64,000 bases of DNA from Catajapyx aquilonaris (lineage: Eukaryota), in contig KZ537997.1 of the NCBI GenBank assembly GCA_000934665.2, positions 62,001-126,000 of the forward strand, given 5' to 3'. Below the pieces are notes generated by a model. The model worked only from the letters and a program-made list of their open reading frames with translations. It was not told the DNA's origin and did no database searches. This document shows, in pieces, positions 55,301 to 64,000 of the stretch. Made by a program: the position numbers and the translations under genes. Within the stretch, counting starts at the first letter, position 1. Every line of letters begins with the position of its first letter.

Positions 55301-58300
55301 CATGTAGACAGATTTTACGTGGATGTCATTCTCATAATTTCAGTGGGTGGCAAGGAATCCGAATTCGCAATACGAGAAGTCATAAAGTCATTGATATAGC
55401 ACCTATTCATGTGATCCTATGGGAATTAGGTCGTAATCATTGGTATTATTTCCTTGTGGTTGTGGACCATTCATGAGCAGAACACATACCAACAAGCAAA
55501 GAGTCCAAGTCTAACATTTCCCAAATGTAAGGTTAGACTTGGACCGTTTCGGTCTCGCTAACCCAATCGTTGGTTTTGGCGACGAATAATAATGAGCTTT
55601 TATTCCGTATTATGATGTTTATTAGTCTTGCCTTCAATCATACTGAATTGCAACTACAGAACTGACAAATAAGCAGTGCATTTTTTATTACACACGTAAT
55701 ATGAATGCAAGAGAGGAGGCCTACAGTACTTCATAGTCGCTGGCTAGCACGTGCAATAGTACATTTTCCTTTCATTTTTATAGCTGTCTCTCCTTCTGGT
55801 GCATAGATTACAGAATTTCGGGAAAGCTAATAATTACGTAAACTTTCTACTTAATATTACTCCTAGGAATTATAATCCCACAAATGATATATTATGGCCA
55901 TTACATCATTTTCTTTCAACAGCCCTAACTGTACATATGGAAAACTACCCGAATAATGCTCGTTTGCGATTGCACACTTCTGGATTTTTTCCAGGAATAA
56001 CAAGGGACCTGGCCAGACATTAATTGGGTCCAACACAGTTGCCGACAGAACCGGTACATTTACAGTGGCTACCATTAGGACAACCCGAAGCGCCCATAGC
56101 CTAAAAGGTCACCACCACTAATAATTGTAAAAATAACACTTTCAATATTATCAATGTCCACAACAATATTGATAGCCTCCTTACCTGTTGACTGAATCCA
56201 CATCCACCATTAGCCACAAGTATAGGACCATCCACTAGCACACACGCGGTCACACACAAGGTGCTGGTCCAGGAAGAAGATAACAGATGTTGAGCGGAGA
56301 TGTACTGGACAGTACAGGTACAGAGGCCGAATGTGAGCCTGTTGGTTGCATGACAACGCAAGAAGTGGAGGGCTAGTGGACTCTGATCATCCAACTGTGA
56401 CCGTCGGCGCACAAGACCGCCTCTGCTGACTCCATGCGCACACGCCCATTCACACACCAACCAGAAACCATAGTGTATGACACCATTCCACATACTCTGA
56501 TGGCATATGAGCAGAACTAGCCAGTTAGGATCTGTATTATTGGCACTGATTGTGCACTCAATATCTTTATAGGAAGTGTTTCTTTAGCCAAAAAAATATA
56601 TATTGGAAGATACCGTATTGTCTACAGGTTCGATATGTACAGATCATATCAAAAAGGAAGCTGCGGACATTCACAAGTGTGTGTCGGTCATGGGCAATAG
56701 GGCACTTTGCTGGTGTTAGATGTTATAAAAAAAATACTCCACGTGTTTGCACCTGTCAGCCTAAGTTTTTGTTCTCTTCCTCACTTCACTGTGCATGACG
56801 CCATCGTATTTGCCCAAACAATGCTTGGTATCTCCTGAATTCCAAATCACTCTTCCTGTATCAGTATGGTTCGGCCCTAGGCACTATTTCCATACTCCGT
56901 TACACATATATGAATTTTAGCAGTTATTTTTTTTATATTTTTTTTGGAAGCATATTGTAAGCAGCTGTTTGTAGGCCCGTTACATGAGATGATGAATAGT
57001 TGGGTGCTATGATTGAAATGCCACGATGCATAATTAGTGATGGCCTCGCAGATGTGTAGTTGGAGCAGGTGAGTACAGTGACTTTTGGCCCGAGTTACGA
57101 TCTCTCAATAGATAAGTTTTGATTAAATTGCCCTAATTATCATAGTGCAATTTGACAAAGCCGAGTAAATTCCTTGAACTCTATATGACCTACTAGTCGA
57201 TATTTAATATTCGTGTATAAGCGTGCTAAATGTAGGTACATGTGCAAACCTTCCATTTCTCCAGTACCGTTAAATACACGAGCACGTGGACATTTTAATG
57301 GTTGAAAAGGGCGGGATGCCCCATAAAGTCACAGAGGCGTATGGGTCTTGTACTCGTAATTTTAGAGAGAATAAAATATATGTGGAATTTGAAAAAGTGC
57401 ATTTTATATTTATCCTGGTTGTGGTATGCACGAGCCAGGGAATGAAACTCTGCATATTTTTCATTCTAAAAGGGAGATTTTGCTGAAGATATAACTTATG
57501 GCGTAGTCAGACCCATACTTATGGAGTGAGATTAGTGGAATCCCGTTGAAGTAATTACATGTGTCCGTATCTAGAGCGGCTTATGCACGTGGACAAGGTC
57601 ACATGACATTTTCACTTACCTGTGACGACCCTTCAACTCAATTTGAATGGGGCTGGACCATTTTCCACGCTAAGTGCCCTTAAAAGAAGTCGTTAAAGGT
57701 GGGCGGGGTAATAGTGTAGCATATTTATTAAATCGTGTGTTTTAGTTTTCAACTACGTATAGGATTATTATGGATTTTTATATTAATTTATTGCATGATG
57801 TGTAAGCGGATTAGTAGCTTGAGATTAACCTATCTCATCTGAGGTCAGTTTCTTATTTACTGGTTGTATGCACATTTGTGTCACGTGAATGACACATGGG
57901 GTGCAAAAATTAATACCGGTACGTAATATGTATTGCCGTTTCAGAAATTAGCACTGCTATCTCGCATAGCTTAATCCTGTTTGATATAGCATATATAGCC
58001 TACTAGTCTGAATTACATACCGTGGTTTGAAAGTATGAAATAAAATTTTATAGTGAATGTCTCATCGCTAAAATTTAATGGTGTCAGTCAAGATAGAGCT
58101 ATAATAATAATTCTATACACCTTGGTGGCAGTTATATTTTATTTGCTGTGGACGACTAGTGTGTCGGACATTTTTGAGCCGAATCGTTGAAACCATGATG
58201 CGACTATTATTGTAATGTATAGCCAACGCATAATACTCGTACATTGAAGTTTCTACCAGTAATTCATCACCTTCCAAAACATAATCACATTTCCGTCACC

Positions 58301-59120
58301 CTTTGTTATTCCCGAAGTTACATGTACACCCTGTCGCACTCCTCAAGCTCTCATGCGTAAGAAAATTATTGCAAAATATCCGGCAGGAAGTAACTCACTT
58401 GAGATTTTAAAAACCTCTGTTTCTCATTATTGAAATGAATTATTCACACTGGCGAGGGACAAATTTATGACATTTTTAAAACACAAATAGTCCAAAAAAA
58501 AAGTGCTGGAAACACATGGCAGTGTAGGAGAGAGTGCCCTGGGCCTGAGCTAGGAAATACACCTAATAATTATCAATAATGGCGGTGAAGTAAGCGTGAA
58601 CTTGCCTCCCCCTAAAGATAATATTGTTCCCCACCTTTTTTCCCTCTGCAATATTCCACGAGAGAGAAAGCCGCTACTTTCTGAAACTTTAATTGCAGCC
58701 ACAAAAACTGAGGGCCTAAATATGAGTGTTGACAATTATTTTTACCCCCTTCGCCTCACCTACATTTCAACTCTACCCTGCTGTAATTATTTTTACACTT
58801 TCTGTAAAGTATTTTAATGATTTAAATAACTTGTAAGGTAACAGTACCGTATTTATTCGGTACACAATCAGTTCTTTGTAATTTGTCAGATGGCTGCAAG
58901 GTGGCAGCACTGAGCGGAGTCGACCAATTTGAACACCAGTTGGCAGCACTGAGCACAAATTGCACCAGAAGGCCGGGAGGAAAGGACCACGACTGCACAC
59001 GACACGACCACTGCATGGACCACTGCGATGTCTCCTCCATGCGGACCATCAGGAGACAGCGGTACCAGGAAGGTTCAGAAACACCATAGGACACCGGCGG
59101 TGGGCGATGAGGTTGTGTCC

Positions 59121-62100
59121 ATGGTGGCCGAGGGAAGCGGCATAAGAAAGAGGAAGAGGAACTTCACCACTGAGGAGGTCAGCGTGCTGGTGGATGAGGT
59201 GCTGCACAAGTATCCTTACCTGAGCGGGTCTGATATCAAGAAGACGGTGGGCACCAAAAGGGGGTACAATCAGCAGAAAGAGGCCTGGGAGAAGATTGCG
59301 CAGAAGGTCACCTCGCTTGGGTCAGTTCTGGCGGGCGTAGTAGGTGCAGAGGCGTATCATGGAGAGGGCAACTAATAAGTGCTCTGGAATGATTTCTGTT
59401 CTTGTGTACAGTACTGGAAAAATAAACGCTGCGAGCCGTACCCTACTTGCACAGGAAGCATGCTTGAGCTTGAATCATGCAGCATGCTTTCACTTGCTCC
59501 CGCTTGCTCGGAGCTGCTTGTGGGATTACAAGACTGTTATTTCCAGTAGTGTACCACAATCATGTTTAATTGAATTTTTTCTAATAATATTGGATTTAAA
59601 AATGAAACTGGGTTTCGTAGGGTGGATTGCAAAGACGTGGCCTGTCTAAACCACGATCTAATTGAGCCGTGGTTTAAACCTCGTTTCCCGGCTAAACATT
59701 GGGCTAAACCTCATCTTTGCAAGCGGAACCCCCGGTTTAAACTGCGATATAACTGAGCCATGGTTTAAACTCCGTCATTGCAATCCACCCTTTGTGTCTG
59801 TCGTTTGAGGGTCAATGGTATTATCAGTATTTTGTTGGCATTTATTAATTTGATGCACTTGCAAAATGTGGCATCCTGTCAGATGGGGTTACAGTGGGTA
59901 GGGGGGGGGGGGGTGCTTGTGTTGCACTGTGTTTAGCATGGCGTTTCATATAAAAGCACCTAGCCACACAAGTGAGAGGAATTGAATTTATTCTCCTCTC
60001 CAGCCTTATAAAGAGGCTTCCATTTCTGTATAATCAAGTCTCTTGCTTGTTTACAAGTGTTCCTGTCTTAATAATGAGAATATTGAGTTAACCTGAATGT
60101 CAACTGAGACTAATATTTCAACTTATTTTGAAATCCTGATATAGCGTGTCAACCCGAACATACAGGGATGTACGGCGTAAGTGGCAGGACATGAAGTACA
60201 TGGCTAAGGCCAAGGGGAAGCCACTGCGTGTGGAGAACAAAGCAGAACAGATCGAGACCCGTGAAGTGTACACATACTCCCGGAACTCAATGGAAAGGAC
60301 AAAACTGATCAAGACTGAAGGCAATACCAGTCACACTTATGATGGTAATGGGTTCACATTGTGCATTCCAAGATATATGATCCTAATTTTGATTAATTGG
60401 CCTGCAGTTACTGCTAGCAGCCATGAAGATTCTGTCACAGATAGTGCAAGTGATGATGAAGGAAGTTGTAACTCAGAGGAACCCACAGAATGGACTCCAC
60501 ATCTGCAGGGCACAGAAGGACCACCCTCACCATCCCTTTCATCACCGGATTCTTCCAGTGAGCAGATAGAAGTGTTGAGCGAGATGCGTTGCATATCTGC
60601 ATCTCTCAGGCAAATTGCTGAAGTCTCCCAAGAAAGATTGGCTGTTGAAAAGGACATGGCCAGCATCCTTCATGTGCTGGCTGAAGGATTAACAAGGTGT
60701 GTATTTTTAAAGCTAAGGTGAAAGAAAGTAAGTTTTATGACTCATTCTTATTAATTGTCTTGAAGTCAACAACAATGCCATTACTAGAAATGAGGCAGTA
60801 CTTTGTATGCACCTGTGATGCCAGTGTATGCCCAAATTTCCATTATGTTTAGTTTTTTCCGTTCAAACACAAAATGTTTTTGAAGAACTGCTAAGTAAAT
60901 GTTCATGTTTTACATGAGAAACAAAACCATGGCACAATAGTTAAGAGTGTCACAGAAAAACTCACAATATGTGTAAGCTTCTCTGGTGGGGATCTAGAGT
61001 AAGTCATAACACATCTTTGAAGTCAGGATCTTAAATTTCTGCATTTCTGCATTCTGCATACCATTCAAGATTATTTTGGTGTAGCTGTCTGTTTTTTCCC
61101 TATTGATCTGAAAATAATTTTGAAGAATGCACTTCTTATATCATGTGTGTGTAAAGCAATTGTTTTGCAGTGCAATGCTGCAGGGAAATTTTTGGGAAAG
61201 GCCAGACCACTGAGCATGTAGTATCAGTACAGGCAGCCCCCTGCAACTCATACGATATGGTAGCTTAATATAAAAGTCTCTGTCTGCGGCGCTGGCGCAT
61301 CCCCACAGGGATCTTGTGGTTCGGGCGGACGCCCGTGGACGCCTTAACCAATCTGAACCATCCCTTCCACTACAGCTATATCCGGAAGTAATTCACAAAT
61401 CGCCAGTCAGCCACCCAAACCACAAGATCCCTGTGGGGCCCCGCCAGCAACAAATTCCAGGCTGGGGGAGACTCTTATATAACAACCGTCACCATAGGGC
61501 TAGATAGGGAGTTGCGGGGGGCTGGTACTGTACAGGCATTTAAAGTTGGAAGATTATCCTATTCCTGCAATAGATATTCTGTAATACCATTCCGAAACCG
61601 AAAAGTTCAGTCTTTCGAAAAGTGTCTGATTCCAGGGGTTTTAGATGAGAGGTTGTCAACTTCTACTGTGTATGGACAGCCCATTGTTGTCATCCCTACC
61701 CCGTTGCTTCCACTCTCCACCCACAGGAATGCCAATGCTTTTTTAATAAGGTTGTACAGATGTAATTTATCCCCAATACCACGGAAGATTTATTATATTG
61801 TGCTTCATCCAAGAATTAGAACTTTGCTCCTAATGGGAATGTGCCTGGCACAGTACAGTACATAGTTGGGAAGTGTTAGACTTAGTGCTAGTGGACACAT
61901 GACCTTTTAGGAAGGCCAGTAATTTCACTTAAGTAGATCTGATGATAGTGGGTTTTAAGTAGTTCAAAGGGCCTGTATCCTCCTGCACTGTCCTAAGCCA
62001 GGGCATCGACGTTAGAACAGCGCTCTTGGTGTCATATTGTGTCATCCTGTACTATATCGCTCAGAAACATAGAGACGATTTTGCATTTGATTCATGTGTA

Positions 62101-63066
62101 TGCTGCACATGAGTAAAATGAAACATCGTCTCTATGTTTTTGAGCGATGTAGTACCTGAGGGCAGGACTGTCAATGCCCAGTTCTATCGCGACTCCTTGG
62201 AACACCATCTGAAAGCAGCGATACGATGCAAGCGACCACACTAACTGAACACCAGCCCTATCGTGTTGCACAACAATGCGCATTGCCATGTTTCAGCTGC
62301 AGTGAGAGAATTATTATTGCTATGTTGGCAATGAGAAACACGGGAGAAACCTCCCTATACTCTCAAGACATGAGAAGTCATGATAGTACAGACATTCACA
62401 GTCCTGCCTCGCCACCTTGATCTTTAACTAAGAGTGCTGTTCTAACTTAAATGCCATGGCTTAGAGCAGTGGATGGGGCCCCTTTGAACTACCCTGCCAC
62501 TGTCACCAGTGGCACAATTGGGTCCAAACTTGACAGGAACAAGCCCCACGTCTGCCTGGATCTCACGTCTTGCGCAGAAGCCACAACCATGTTTCTGTGC
62601 ACAAGGGAAACAGGGTTGCCACTATTTTAAATCCAACTCTCGTAGTTGGCATGTGAAATCCTATGAGTCGTATTTTGGCAATGCCACTTTACAAGCAATT
62701 GCTCACCAAAGTTACATGATTGAAGTGAGAAAGCATTCTTAAGTGCCACACATCTCTGTCTTTATAATCCATTCAGGCATGGTGAGGTGATAGTCTTGTG
62801 CCTTGCCAGAGTGCAACATGTTAGTCATGATTGAATAAATAAATGTGTATGATTATAAAATTACCGTATAAGCGCTTAACTTTTTCTATTGTACTACAAT
62901 GAAATTTTGTGTGGGCAACACAGGAAATGTCAAGATTGAATATGATGATTGAACCAGTTAATTGTGCAGTGCATACATGAATTTACATAATATGCATCAT
63001 CATCACAGATTTTCCTGACACAGGAGGTGCCAGCGAGTAATGAGGAACAGCTTCCTTGTCACCTAA
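59121..63066 (+). CDS. Myb/SANT-like DNA-binding domain protein (MSANTD/NAIF1-like)
   Basis: Exons 59121-59320, 60145-60344, 60408-60696 and a tentative last exon 63024-63066. RKRNFTTEEVSVLVDEV...KEAWEKIAQKV...RTYRDVRRKWQDMK, followed by an acidic region and a coiled coil. Confidence 0.78.
59619..59791. mobile_element. Harbinger-like MITE in intron 1 of the Myb/SANT gene
   Basis: TIR agggtggattgcaaagacg / cgtcattgcaatccaccct; internal ggtttaaac repeats. Confidence 0.75.
61960..62490. mobile_element. Foldback MITE with an internal hairpin at ~62057-62148
   Basis: agttcaaaggg...ctaagccagggcat...gttagaacagcgctctt pairs with aagagtgctgttctaac...atgccatggcttag...ccctttgaact. Confidence 0.7.
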
Positions 63067-64000
63067 ATAAATTTGAGGAAGAATAATTTTATGGTGTCAT
63101 AAGTCTTCCCATCAATTGAAGGTTGTTTATATCAGGGTGATGATAAAAACACAGCATATACAGTACTACTCAAAATTCAAGCATGGACCTTTACCTGACC
63201 ATTTCTGACCCAACTTTTACAAGGGCAAATGACGGTAGGAATATGGGACTGACGCATATCTTTCTCCCTTACCCTGGTATAATACTGTCTGAGTTCTTCC
63301 TTTAGTCTACTGCACATGATTTCATCACATCATTTTCTTCCAGAGTGGGCCTAGTTGTGCACTGGGATGGTTGTCATTAGATCTGTGATGCCACTTTTTG
63401 TCTGATATCAACTGACATTTTTGATATGTGTAAGAGACATACTGAATTGCAGGGATTCCTCTGCACCCATCTTATCATGATCTTGGCCAGGCATGGTTGA
63501 GTGGTACTTTCTCATTTGACTGCCACTGGCTTTGCTTACATTTCCTATGGTGATTAAGCAGGATGCCCTCCCATACGCAACTTGGGCTTAGAAAGGCTTT
63601 GTGTAATCTCACAATGTTGTCTGATTCCCCACAGTATATTGTTTCCATAATTCTTTTTCATAATTAAGGTGAGTCTTATTATCTTCTTTATTTTTATTCC
63701 TATTAATTAAGTGTTATTCATAGTAACATAATGCTTTCAGGCTCTGATTTATTATGAGTGTTTTATTGTAGGAATGTCTGTAAGCACAGGAGGCAGAGGG
63801 AAAGTCAAGACTGAAAAAGTGCCAACAAGAAGTCATGGAGTGTGATAAATGGAGTACAAAAACTTTTGTATCATGACAAGATGTGTAAAAGTAATAATTA
63901 TACCAGAGTTATATTATTTATAGTTTTGTATTCCTTCACATGTGAGATTCTTTGCTTGGCTGTGAAGAGTAAGATTGGTTATTGTCAAATAAAGACTGAA

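Overview
Gene-dense eukaryotic (arthropod-like) genomic window. By manual splicing I find 11 intron-containing protein-coding genes: TMEM120 (-), C1QBP/p32 (+), TRIAP1/Mdm35 (-), USP30 (+), DGCR8/pasha (+), TANGO2 (-), CYP315A1/shadow (-), an SLC35G/EamA transporter (-), HGH1 (+), a PTB/PID-domain protein (-) and a Myb/SANT-like DNA-binding protein (+). Introns and spacers carry three tRNA-derived SINE families and many foldback MITEs, several of them nested. Most notable: (1) a spliced 79-aa upstream ORF with an N-myristoylation-type start ends 2 nt before the SLC35G ATG, a candidate bicistronic microprotein/transporter unit; (2) pri-miRNA-like hairpins in the pasha 5' UTR suggest Microprocessor autoregulation; (3) a decayed duplicate of the TANGO2 last exon lies antisense inside the pasha 3' UTR; (4) DGCR8 and TANGO2 are adjacent, as in human 22q11.2; (5) a decayed ~1.4 kb ORF of unknown origin. 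Gene names come from recognising motifs by eye; no database searches were run.
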